From a virus (Duplodnaviria; Caudoviricetes): a DNA stretch of 64,000 nucleotides. The stretch is taken from the IMG/VR virus record IMGVR_UViG_3300036971_000130. One strand, written 5' to 3'. The translations under genes were made by a program, and so were the position numbers. Positions 1 through 9,900 of the stretch are shown here, one piece after another. The notes beneath the pieces are model-generated. The model had not been told where the DNA came from, searched no databases, and saw nothing but the letters and a program-made list of their open reading frames with translations. Numbering within the stretch: position 1 is the first letter of the stretch; every line of letters starts with the position of its first letter.

Positions 1-1288
1 TCACGCCGAGTCCCACAAGATGGACCGAGTCATCATCACGGTGCCGTACATGGCGATCACCGAGCAGACCGCTGACACGTTGCGCTCGATCTACGGCGAC
101 GAGAACATCCTCGAACACCACTCGGGGGTGAGCGAGGCGAACGACACGCTACGTCGACGACTCACGTCCGAGCGTTGGGATGCCCCGGTCGTGGTGACCA
201 CCACCGTGCAGTTGTTCGAGTCCCTGTTCTCCTGCGAGATCCCGAAGATCCGGAAGCTTCACCATCTCGCCAACAGCGTGATCGTGGTCGACGAACCCCA
301 GACGATGCCGCCGCACCTGCTTCGCCAGATCCTCGATTCGCTGCGCTGGTTGGTCGAGCACGCCGGGTCCACTGTCGTCTTCCAGACAGCGACGCAGCCT
401 TCGTTCGGCCTGCTCGATCCGGCGTTCGAGAACGTCCCGGAGTGGGGCACGAACGACATCCCGTCAACGATGCGCCGAGTCGAGTGGAACTTCCAGGACT
501 GGTGGGATGACGACAAGATCGTCCGTGAGGTCGAGAAGCACGACCAGGTGCTCTGTATCGTGAACCAGGTTGTTGCCGCTCAACGGCTGGCGAAGTCGGT
601 TCCTGGGGCCATGTGCCTGACGACCTCGAACCATCAACAGGACCGCCGGAAGACGATCGCTGAGATCAACCGTCGTCTCGCTGCCGGGGAGCCGTGCACG
701 GTGTTCTCGACGCAGCTTGTCGAGGCTGGTGTCGACTTCGACTTCCCGGTCCTGTTCCGTTCGATGGCTCCGCTCACGTCGTTGACGCAGGCCGCTGGTC
801 GCTGCAACCGTCACGGCAAGATCGAGCGTGGAACGGTGACGGTCTTCGAGCACATCGGGTGTCACGGTCCGTCTTCTCTGGTCGGAGCCACGGAACTGAC
901 CAGGCAGATGATCAAGGCGGACAAGGACTTCGATCCGTTGGACACGAAGATCATCGACTTGTGGTACAGCCGCCTCTGGTCCTACGTGAACGCCGACGAA
1001 CATCCGATCGACAGGTCACGGAAGGCGCTGACGTACCGGGTGACCGACGATCTGTTCCGGATGATCGACGAGACCGTTCAGGTGGTCATCGACACTCCGG
1101 AGAGTCGGTCCGCCATGGACAGTGGTGACCACCGCAAGGTAGCTTCACTGACGGTGGCGATCCCACCGAAGATCGCTGCACAAGCAGCAAACCTCGGCCT
1201 TCTCATCGAAGAAGGCGACCATACGATCTGGGGTGGGAAGTACGACCCCGTGATCGGTCTGGTGAGACCTGAGACGGAAGACACATGA
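1..1288 (+). CDS. cas3: Cas3 helicase, type I-C (5' part outside window)
   Basis: SF2 motifs VVDEPQ, TATQP, STQLVEAGVDFDF, QAAGRCNRHG; frame open at window start; first gene of cas operon. Confidence 0.92.
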   Translation, partial: HAESHKMDRVIITVPYMAITEQTADTLRSIYGDENILEHHSGVSEANDTLRRRLTSERWDAPVVVTTTVQLFESLFSCEIPKIRKLHHLANSVIVVDEPQTMPPHLLRQILDSLRWLVEHAGSTVVFQTATQPSFGLLDPAFENVPEWGTNDIPSTMRRVEWNFQDWWDDDKIVREVEKHDQVLCIVNQVVAAQRLAKSVPGAMCLTTSNHQQDRRKTIAEINRRLAAGEPCTVFSTQLVEAGVDFDFPVLFRSMAPLTSLTQAAGRCNRHGKIERGTVTVFEHIGCHGPSSLVGATELTRQMIKADKDFDPLDTKIIDLWYSRLWSYVNADEHPIDRSRKALTYRVTDDLFRMIDETVQVVIDTPESRSAMDSGDHRKVASLTVAIPPKIAAQAANLGLLIEEGDHTIWGGKYDPVIGLVRPETEDT

Positions 1289-1905
1289 CCATTGACGTTC
1301 GCATGAGTTCTGAGTACGCATGCTTCTCACGACCGGAGTTCCCGGCGGAGAAGACCTCGTATCCGATCATCACCCCTCCCGCTGCTGTCGGAGCGATCTC
1401 GGCGGTCTTCTGGAAGCCCGAGTTCATGTGGAAGGTCCGTTCCGTGAAGCTTCTGGCCGAGCCGGAATGGATGACCTACCGGATCAACGGCGTGAAGGAG
1501 AAGCTCCCGGTCGGGCGCATCACCGACACCTTCGGGCAGATCGACGCCATCGCCAGTCAGACCCAGATCGGCCATCTCGTACTGGTGAAGCCAGCGTACG
1601 AGGTGACCTTCGACATCACCCTGAAGCCGTGGGCGACGAAGTCGAAGTTGGCGTACTTCGATCAGGCGCAACGACGACTCGATCGAGGGGCCTTCTTCAA
1701 GCCTCCGTACCTCGGGATGCGTGAGCACATGGCGGAGGTCGAACCTGGCACCGGTGAGGCCCCGGTCGCCTTCACCTTGCCGGTTGGTCCGATGGTCCAC
1801 TCGTACGAGTTCGACGCTGACGGGAACGTCTCGAAGACCCGCTTCTTCGATGCTAAGATCATCAACGGCGTGATGGATGTTCCGGATCGTGGTACCGCCC
1901 AGTGA
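1285..1905 (+). CDS. cas5: Cas5c/Cas5d
   Basis: YACFSRPEF..EKTSYPIITPPAAVG..SAVFWKPE, PYLGMRE; ATGA overlap with cas3. Confidence 0.93.
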   Translation: MTIDVRMSSEYACFSRPEFPAEKTSYPIITPPAAVGAISAVFWKPEFMWKVRSVKLLAEPEWMTYRINGVKEKLPVGRITDTFGQIDAIASQTQIGHLVLVKPAYEVTFDITLKPWATKSKLAYFDQAQRRLDRGAFFKPPYLGMREHMAEVEPGTGEAPVAFTLPVGPMVHSYEFDADGNVSKTRFFDAKIINGVMDVPDRGTAQ

Positions 1906-3527
1906 CGATCTACCGTGACCTCGTGGCGTGGACCCACACCGACGAAGGCAGAGAAGTCGCAGGTGAGACCCAGATCGGGTTCAAGCTGAAGACCCTCTCC
2001 GGGATCATCCACATCGAGTCCGCTCCTGATGGGGCGATCAAGGGCACTCCGACGATGACCTTCATCGACCCCGATGAGAAGGTCAGGGCGCTGATGCCTC
2101 ACGTCAAGAGGTCCGTGAACGTGGAGCCCGCTCTCGGTGACGACACCGTCGACTACCTGTTCGGTGGCTTCGTGCCGATGCCGAACGACTCTGAGGCGAA
2201 GATCAGCCGAGGGGCGGAACGGGCCGAGAAGCTTCACGAAGCTGCCGTAGCCCTCGCCCGCCGGTGGTCCGACGAGACCGACTCACCGATCGCCCGTACC
2301 GTCGTCGACTTCATGGAGGGCGACTGGGGGTTCGATCTCACGAACACCAAGAGCCGCTCGAACCCGTACCGACTGGTCGTGAACGGCGAAGTCGTGACCG
2401 AGACGGCCGAGTTCCGGACCTGGTGGTCCGACTACATGAGCCGGGATCTCGACACCGGGATCTGCTGGGCGTGTGACCGTGAAGCGAAGCTCGTGAGGCT
2501 GCTCACCCAGGTGACGATCCCTGGTGCCAGCACGACCGGCACGACCCTGTCGACGATCGACAAGACCTACGCCGAATCCTGGGGTCGCAAGGCCGCAGCC
2601 GACATCTGCGTCGACTGCGACAGCAGGATCAGCAAGGCGATCACCGGTCTGGCCCGAAGCAGAGACCACCAGCGCATCGTCGGTGGTCGAGTCATCCTCT
2701 GGTGGTCGATGAACCACGTCACCGAGTCGTTGATCCCGAACCTGATCTCCGGCGACCTCAGCTTCGGTGATCTCGTGAAGATGGCTGAGAACGGCCTCGG
2801 CGGGAACACGGACTTGGACGCACTACATGTCCTGGTCCTGAAGCCGAACGCTGGTCGCACCTCGATCTACGGGTATCAGACGATCACGTTCGAGCAGATG
2901 GTCGACAGGTTCGCTGAATGGTCTGAGATCGCCACTGTCGACGAGGTCAACTACCCGCTGTGGAAGATCGCCAAAGCGATCCCGACCAACGGCACGTCAG
3001 ATCCTCTCCCTGGCCGGTTCGAGGCCGAGATGTTGACGTGGATCATGTCCATGTCGAAGGGGTTCGAGATCAACCCTGCCGTCATCCGGCGCATCCAGAA
3101 CTTCGACCCGAAGCCTCTGACGGGACCGGAGATCATCCTCCTGAACGCCTACCTGAAGGACACCATGAACGAGCAAGCCGAGAAGTGGGGCGAGATGTTC
3201 TTCCTCTACGCCCAAGCTTCCTTCCGGGCGAACGGATCTGACCGCACGATCCTGAGCCGGTATCGCATGGCGATGAGGAACCCTCGTCGAGCGATGGTGG
3301 TGCTCGAACCTGGGTTCCAGCGGAATCTTCAGACGGCTCTCAGCCGAGGACGACCGTCCACGTTCCTCGCCAAGCGGATGGCGGAACTGTCGATCGACCT
3401 AGGTGAACTCCCATCGAACGCCGATGAGCGTTTCCAGTCAGCGTTCGTCCTCGGATTCCACTCCGCCAAGCACGCCCACTTCCAGTACATCCAGCAGAAG
3501 GACTCCACTGATGACCTCCCCGAATGA
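1902..3527 (+). CDS. cas8c: Cas8c/Csd1 large subunit
   Basis: Position between cas5 and cas7; CxxC pairs, ESWG, PNAGRTSI, AFVLGF. Confidence 0.85.
   Translation: MTIYRDLVAWTHTDEGREVAGETQIGFKLKTLSGIIHIESAPDGAIKGTPTMTFIDPDEKVRALMPHVKRSVNVEPALGDDTVDYLFGGFVPMPNDSEAKISRGAERAEKLHEAAVALARRWSDETDSPIARTVVDFMEGDWGFDLTNTKSRSNPYRLVVNGEVVTETAEFRTWWSDYMSRDLDTGICWACDREAKLVRLLTQVTIPGASTTGTTLSTIDKTYAESWGRKAAADICVDCDSRISKAITGLARSRDHQRIVGGRVILWWSMNHVTESLIPNLISGDLSFGDLVKMAENGLGGNTDLDALHVLVLKPNAGRTSIYGYQTITFEQMVDRFAEWSEIATVDEVNYPLWKIAKAIPTNGTSDPLPGRFEAEMLTWIMSMSKGFEINPAVIRRIQNFDPKPLTGPEIILLNAYLKDTMNEQAEKWGEMFFLYAQASFRANGSDRTILSRYRMAMRNPRRAMVVLEPGFQRNLQTALSRGRPSTFLAKRMAELSIDLGELPSNADERFQSAFVLGFHSAKHAHFQYIQQKDSTDDLPE
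3165..3527 (+). CDS. cas11: Probable internally translated Cas11 (in-frame within cas8c)
   Basis: AAGGA SD 4 nt before in-frame ATG 3165; 120-aa C-terminal product; known I-C arrangement. Confidence 0.6.
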   Translation: MNEQAEKWGEMFFLYAQASFRANGSDRTILSRYRMAMRNPRRAMVVLEPGFQRNLQTALSRGRPSTFLAKRMAELSIDLGELPSNADERFQSAFVLGFHSAKHAHFQYIQQKDSTDDLPE

Positions 3528-4362
3528 CCCGACTGTCCGCCACGACTTCACCTTGCTGGTGGAGGCCGTCGACGCCAACCCGAACGGTGACCCGGATCTC
3601 GACAACGAGCCCCGCCGTGATCCGACGACCGGCCACGGGCTCATCACCGACGTGTCCGTGAAGCGTCGCCTCCGTGACTTCGTCCTCGTCGCCAAGGACG
3701 GTGACGACAGGTTCGACATCCAGGTGAAGCGAGGGCAGGCCCTCAACACGATCTCCGAGGAAGCTCGGGCAGCGATCCCGGAGAAGGCCGAGGACCGGGC
3801 CGAGAAGATCGTCGAGTGGCTTCAGAACCGCTACTTCGACATCCGGATGTTCGGCGCTGTCCTCGGAACCGGCAACGCCAAGCCGAGGCTCCCGAGCCTC
3901 ACCGGCCCTGTCCAGATCGGCATGGGGCGCTCCGTCGACCCGATCGAGACCTACGACATCTGCATCACCCGTCTGGTCGTCACCGACGAGAAGGACAAGG
4001 AGAAGGAGCAGACGATGGGCCGCAAGTGGGTGACCCCGTACGGTCTCTACGTCGTCCACGGCACCTACTCCGGCATCCTCGGTGCGAAGTCGGGTGTCAC
4101 CGAAGAAGACCTCGACTGCATGTGGCAGGGTCTCTCCGGTCCCATGTTCGACCTGGCAGCGTCGACCTCGAAGTTCGGTGTCTCGACTCGTGGCCTCATC
4201 GTCCACTCGCACGAGACCCCGATGGGCAACGCTTCCCGTGCCGCTGTCCAGGCGACCACGAAGATCACCCCGAACCACGATGGCGCTCCCCGATCCTTCG
4301 AGGACTACACCATCACCTTCGAAGACATGCCGTCGAAGGTGACCCGGACGATTCTCGTCTGA
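3511..4362 (+). CDS. cas7: Cas7c/Csd2
   Basis: ANPNGDPD..NEPRRD, ITDVSVKRRLRD, DIRMFGAV, TMGRKW. Confidence 0.95.
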   Translation: MTSPNDPTVRHDFTLLVEAVDANPNGDPDLDNEPRRDPTTGHGLITDVSVKRRLRDFVLVAKDGDDRFDIQVKRGQALNTISEEARAAIPEKAEDRAEKIVEWLQNRYFDIRMFGAVLGTGNAKPRLPSLTGPVQIGMGRSVDPIETYDICITRLVVTDEKDKEKEQTMGRKWVTPYGLYVVHGTYSGILGAKSGVTEEDLDCMWQGLSGPMFDLAASTSKFGVSTRGLIVHSHETPMGNASRAAVQATTKITPNHDGAPRSFEDYTITFEDMPSKVTRTILV

Positions 4363-4514
4363 GTTGCGAGAGGTCCGATGACGACCCGACCGTTCACCGC
4401 ACCACCCCAGATCACAGACCTGCTGGTGAGGCAGATGATCAGTGAATCAGGGACCTCTCGCAACAACGGTCGTTCCCGCAGGTCAGAGATGACCGAAACC
4501 AGGAACGGTCGAAA

Positions 4515-4774
4515 CGCCGTCTACGGACGGCGAGGATTTCAACGGACGGCGAGGATCGGAACATCATCACGTCGATGCGACCGAGTCGCATTGCGCCGTC
4601 ACCAGACGGCGAGAATCGCAACAAGCCATCTGCCTCCGCAAGAGGTCCCGTCCCTACCGGGGCGGGAGAATTGGAACTACCCTGCCGAATCCACGTCGTC
4701 ACCAGGCGACGAGAATCGAAACATGGACCATGTCAACCCACTGTCCGCCGTCTCCGGGCGGCGAGGATCGCAAC
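4515..4774 (+). CRISPR. Degenerate type I-C mini-array: 5 full + 1 half repeat, intervals 16-31 nt
   Basis: Repeats 4515-43, 4544-62 (half), 4594-4622, 4646-77, 4694-4722, 4746-74: 7-9 bp hairpin plus tail resembling GAGGATCGCAAC. Confidence 0.85.
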
Positions 4775-4962
4775 ACCGACGGCAGGGACCACGAGAAGGA
4801 GACGATCGGCAGCCGGGACATCCCCGGTTACCGCCCAGTCAAGGTGGCCGACGACGAGGACGAGGACGAGGTGCTGGACGCCATCGGCCCCATCAGCATC
4901 CACGACCTGATCAACCAGTTCTTCGGCTGACGCCCGGTCAGATCCTCGATCTGACGTTTCGC

Positions 4963-4997
4963 ACGACGACCCCGGACGCTATGTTCGGGGTCGTCGT
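4963..4997. terminator. Long GC hairpin after the array, probable terminator
   Basis: ACGACGACCCCGGAC-gctat-GTTCGGGGTCGTCGT. Confidence 0.6.
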
Positions 4998-5112
4998 CGT
5001 TCACCACCCATGATGGGTGTGCACCATTCGCATCAACCAAGAGAGCCCGAAATCCAGACATAGCGCCCAGGCGGGGACATACCACCCATGATGGGTGGAG
5101 GAAAGCATCACC

Positions 5113-5916
5113 ATGAGCATCACCAAAGAGCGAGTCCCCATCAACCAAACACCCGTCGGACCACCGGAGTACCTCTCCCACTCGTCGCTGTCCGCCTACG
5201 ACTTCTGCCCCGAATCCTGGTGGCTCTCGAAGGTGGCGCACGTCGAATCGGAGGTCAGGGGCTCCGACATGGTCGGTCAGGCGATCCACCGTGTCTCGGA
5301 GACCGCCGGAACCGAAGAAGACGCAGAGAAGGTCATCGAGGACATCCTCGCCAGCACCGACGACGATGCAGTCGTCAGCGACTTCGAGGATGTCCTCCGG
5401 TCGGTGATGAACTGGGACATGACGAACCCGTTGGACAAGAGGGCCGAGACCGAGGTCCCGATCCACGGAACGATCGCCGGGTACCGGCTGCGAGGTGAGA
5501 TCGACTCCATCGTCGATGATCCGGACGGATGCCGTGTTATCGAGGATCTGAAGACCACGAAGCGTCTTCCCACGCCGGTCTCGAAGCTCGGGTACGGGGA
5601 CAACGAGTCCGATCCGATCTACGCCGCTCGGGTGACTCGCCAGGTGATGATCTACGCCCTGATGGCCCGATCGAACGGGCAGCGGATCGACAAGGTGAGG
5701 ATGCTGTACCCTCGGTACCAGCACGTCATCGAGGTGGACCTCAGGACGGAACGTGGGAAGAACCTCCTGATCGAAGCGGAACGCTTCGTCAAGGACAACG
5801 CTGACCGCATCAAGCGTTCGTGCCTCGAAGGTCGTGTGGTCGCAACCCCGACTCCTAGGAAGTGCGACTCGTGCAACGTGCGCCAGCACTGCACTGCCTC
5901 GATGGCATCGACCTAA
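5113..5916 (+). CDS. Cas4/RecB-like PD-(D/E)XK nuclease with 4-Cys cluster
   Basis: LSHSSLSAYDFCP, GEIDSIV, IEDLKT, QxxxY, CDSCxxxxxC; GGAGG SD. Confidence 0.8.
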   Translation: MSITKERVPINQTPVGPPEYLSHSSLSAYDFCPESWWLSKVAHVESEVRGSDMVGQAIHRVSETAGTEEDAEKVIEDILASTDDDAVVSDFEDVLRSVMNWDMTNPLDKRAETEVPIHGTIAGYRLRGEIDSIVDDPDGCRVIEDLKTTKRLPTPVSKLGYGDNESDPIYAARVTRQVMIYALMARSNGQRIDKVRMLYPRYQHVIEVDLRTERGKNLLIEAERFVKDNADRIKRSCLEGRVVATPTPRKCDSCNVRQHCTASMAST

Positions 5917-6236
5917 CCCAGAAGGAACGCCCATGAAGATCCCCGAAGCAACGCCTCGCTCGGTTCTGTGCGGGTCGGTCGGTGAACGAAAGCGCATCGC
6001 CATGCTGACGCTCTTGGCTGCGAACCCGAACGCTGTGGTCCTGAACCCAAGACCATGGACCTGACCCGGTAGCTCGGGTATGGTGGGCGGTCCGACTACC
6101 ACACCAAGGAATTCCATGTCTCCATCGACCGGTTACGCCGTCGGCATGTCTGGCCTCGCAAACTGACGGCGGTCCTCTACCGTCCAGTTGACCGGTGTGG
6201 CTATACTCGATTCACTCCCGACGGAAGGCATTCGAG

Positions 6237-6431
6237 ATGGCTGACAAGGAACAGAAGCAGCAGGAGGTCCAAGACTTCCTGGAAGGCAACGGTCGCTACA
6301 TCGTCACCGGGTTCGCCATCCTGATCGCCTTGGGTCTCGCCTGGACGGTCATCGACACAGGGATCGTCCTGTTCGTCGTGCTCGTGGCGATCGGAGCGAT
6401 GGCCTGGTACGTGTGGGGGACCAAGGAATGA
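6237..6431 (+). CDS. Small two-TM membrane protein
   Basis: Hydrophobic hairpin; coupled to next gene. Confidence 0.6.
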   Translation: MADKEQKQQEVQDFLEGNGRYIVTGFAILIALGLAWTVIDTGIVLFVVLVAIGAMAWYVWGTKE

Positions 6432-6982
6432 CGATGAACGTGCTCGGCAAGGTCGCCGGGTCCCTCAACGACAAGTCCGCTCGGAAGTGGGCGAAGAACG
6501 ACAAGGTCATCGAGGCTGGTGCCCGAGGCGAAGCCCGTACTGCCGATGCGCTCCTGAACGGGCGTGACGGAACCATCATGCACGACATGAGGATTCCTGG
6601 TGAGCGAGCCAACATCGACCACATCGTCGTGTCCGGCAACAAGGTCTGGCTCATCGACTCGAAGTGGTGGAAGGGCGGTCGGTACATGACCGTCTTCGGG
6701 AAGACCTACCGTGGCTTCACCCGTGTCCCCCACACCGAGAAGGACACGATGGCTCGGGCCTACGAGAAGGTCGAACGCCACCTGCACGAGAAGGGGGTCG
6801 ACTTCGACTTGCAGACGCCGATCATCGTCGTCTGGTCGCATGAGCCTCTGAAGCTCGGTCTCGCCAAGATCCCCGGTGCTCGCCTCATCGCAGGCGGCAG
6901 CTTCCGTGGTCAGGCCAGGAAGCTGTTCAAGGCCGACGCCAACAACGAGATCATCGACGCCCTGAGGGAACTCGTGATCTGA
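6428..6982 (+). CDS. NERD-domain nuclease-like protein
   Basis: GARGE, HDMRIPG, NIDHIVV, LIDSKWW. Confidence 0.85.
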   Translation: MTMNVLGKVAGSLNDKSARKWAKNDKVIEAGARGEARTADALLNGRDGTIMHDMRIPGERANIDHIVVSGNKVWLIDSKWWKGGRYMTVFGKTYRGFTRVPHTEKDTMARAYEKVERHLHEKGVDFDLQTPIIVVWSHEPLKLGLAKIPGARLIAGGSFRGQARKLFKADANNEIIDALRELVI

Positions 6983-9900
6983 TGGCACAGCCATTTCAGC
7001 AACCGTCACATGCACCTCTGATCATCGGCGTCTCCGCTCTGATCGGGTGCGGCTTCGCCTACCTCGGGTTCCCAGCCTTCGCCATCATCTGGCTGGGGTT
7101 CGTGGTCGCCGCCTACTTGGAACCACCGGTGATCCTCACCGGGAAGAAAGACCAGTACGGCTCTCCGACCCCACTCCACGATGGAGAGTCGAAGCGGCTC
7201 AGATCGTTTGCGTTCTGGCGTGAACTTCGCACGTCCCTTATTGTGCCGAATGCATCTTGGCTCCCAGGATGGCCGATCCTGGGTTCGTTCATCGGGGCTG
7301 TTGTAGCGGCACTCATCGGCTGGTCCTTGCCGGTGATGTTCGTTCAGCTTCAGCCGGTGAACGCTGTGTGCGGCTTCATCGTCATCTCGGCGGTCATGTC
7401 CGCTCGACGCAAGACGATGGCCGACGGCGACGTGTACGGAGGCGCTCGCCTCAACACCCTCGATGACTACCTGAAGGAGAATCGGCCGATCGCCGTGATC
7501 TCCGTGCTGCTGGGGATCGTCGTTGCAGTCCTCGTTGCAACGAAGGTGCCGCAGTGGCAGGAGACCTCCGCCAAGCAGGTGTTGACGGATCAGAAGACCG
7601 GTGAGGTTGTTCCTCACTCGGCTACGACCATGCCTCCGCCGCAGACGACCGAGGCGGGATCGCCACCGACGATCGAGTACGTGATCCCGACGGTCGACAT
7701 CACTCCGGACCCGAAAGCGACGGCAACGAAGAACCCTGACCTCATCGTCTCCGGTCTCGTCGATTACGGCACTCGATCCATCATCCCACTGACCATCGCA
7801 GGTTTCTTCATCGGGTTCTTCGCTCTGACCGCCCGGCCGTGGTCGAAGCGTTCGATCGAGCACTGGAAGGAGGTTGTCGCTGCCCGAGCGGAGTGGCAGC
7901 CTCGTTGGCGTGCCGCCGGGCTGAAGGACGACACCTTCCCGTGGCTGGTCGAACGTGAGCGGGTCGGCCAGTTCCAGGTGGACACGTTCATCGCTGATCC
8001 ATCGCTGGCCGCTCAGACGATCATCGACACGAAGGCGAACGCCATCAGGCCGACGATCGGCGCTGGCATGAACATGGTGGCCTTGTCGACCCCCGATGCT
8101 CGCAACGGTGAGCCGGTTCCCGGCACCGTGCATCTCCGTCGGTTCCAGATCGTCGTGTGGGACGGTGACCTCACGGACTTCTCGGACCCGGACGCCGACA
8201 TGGACGAGTTGACGCTCTCCGCCCGGATCGGGTTCGCTGAAGCGTGTGATGCTTCGGGGATGCTTCGCTCGGAGATCGTCGAGATCACCCCGATGCACGA
8301 CCTGTCCCCGGTCCCCTCGGACGAGGACGAAGACGACGAAGGCGATGACCTTCCGGCGATTCCCGACATCACCCCGCAGAAGAACTACGGTGCCGTCTGG
8401 GCTGTCCAAACCACGATGGGTGGCGCAACCCGGACGTTCCGGGAGAACTCCCGTGGGGCGATCGCAGGTCGCTTCGGAGTCGACTGCATCATCGACGACC
8501 GTCGCCCCGACCTGAACGGCGTCCTGTTCCTCGGGACCCTGCTCGAAGACGGCGTCACCGGACGTGACGTGCCCGAGCGGTTCACGATGCCGTCGCCTGA
8601 CCGTGAGCCCAACTGGCCGTCCATGTTCCGTCACATCGACATGGAGGACCACTACCGGACGACCTGGCAGCAGTTCCTCCCGCAGCCCGAGATGTACCCC
8701 ACCCCGCACTGGGACTTGGAGATGGACCGGGAGATCATCACGAAGAAGGGCAAGTCTGTCGTGCACGGCCTGGCCTTCGTCTGTCGCCAGGGTGTCCCGC
8801 CGAACACCTTCACGAACGCCAAGACGGAGAAGAACCTCGCCACCACCTGGGAGGCTCCGCTCATGGTCAACATGAACTCCTTCCGGCACAACATCGGCAC
8901 CGGCCAGTCAGCCAAGCGCCAGGACATCGTCAGCCACGCTCAGGCTATCTTCCTGTCCTGGTCGACCGATCACATCCCGTCCTCGATCGTCAACCTCCCG
9001 TTGCAGGTCCAGGGGAACTCTCCGGGCAGCACGTCGGTGAAGTACAGCGCCTCGGTGCCTTCGGAGCCGATCATCTGGGTGATCCAGCACTACGTGAACA
9101 AGGCGTTCGACCAGGTGAAGAAGCCTCGTCCGGACGTGATGACGGCGAAGTGCCTGACCCGCAAGGACTCGCCGGAAGCTCTCTGGGAGATCGAACTGAA
9201 GGTCGTCGGTGGCGAGACCATCGAGACCCTCCGTTCCGCCACTGAGCGTCTCCGAGTAGCTTTCCAGGTGCCGTGGTGCCTGGTGACCACCTGGGAGAGC
9301 GGTGTCACGATCTTCGTCGGAGGCGACCCGTTCAACCCGAAGACGAACCTGGTGAACCCTGACCGTGACGCTGCCCGCCTGAAGGGCTACTCGTGGGAGC
9401 AGGCGTTCATCTCCTGTGGCATCTCCGGCTCCGACGGTGTCATGCCGAAGTTGCAGGACTACAAGCTCCTACCGTCGAACAACGACATCGAGGTACTGAA
9501 GTTCTCGCTGCCGCCCGGCATTTCCCCGACGACGTTCAAGGAGAAGAAGGACAAGCTCTCCACAGCGAAGGGGTACACCTACATCGAGATCGTAGACTCG
9601 GCTGACCCGAAGGTTCTCGAAATGATGGTCTGCGCCGAAGATCCGACTCCGACGGCTGTGATGATCGGCCCCGCTGAACTCGACATCATCGAGAACTCGT
9701 CCGGCGTCCCGTTCGCCACGAACATCCTCGGTGAGGTCGTCGCCTACGACCCGAAGGAATCGCCTCACCTGCTCCTGGCTGGTTCCTCAGGAGGTGGAAA
9801 AAGCGTCTTGGCTCAGGTGTTGCTCTACGGCGCTCTGAAGCGTGGCTGGGACATCTACGTGATGGACCCGATGAAGGGCGCTGCCGACTTCAGCTTCACG

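Noticed and set aside
4428-4437. GAGGCAGATG complementary to part of spacer 4623-45 (also at 13955)
   Set aside because: Only 10 nt, misses the seed, no correctly placed TTC PAM
4378-5013. ORFs crossing the CRISPR array
   Set aside because: Translate repeats; only the acidic 4775-4930 tail looks coding and its start is unsupported
5933-6200. Short ORF after the Cas4-like gene
   Set aside because: Appears degraded; no recognisable product
7006-8889. Long antisense ORFs (also 4828-6117, 44451-45560, 50641-52764, 58193-60598)
   Set aside because: Shadows of real genes in high-GC DNA
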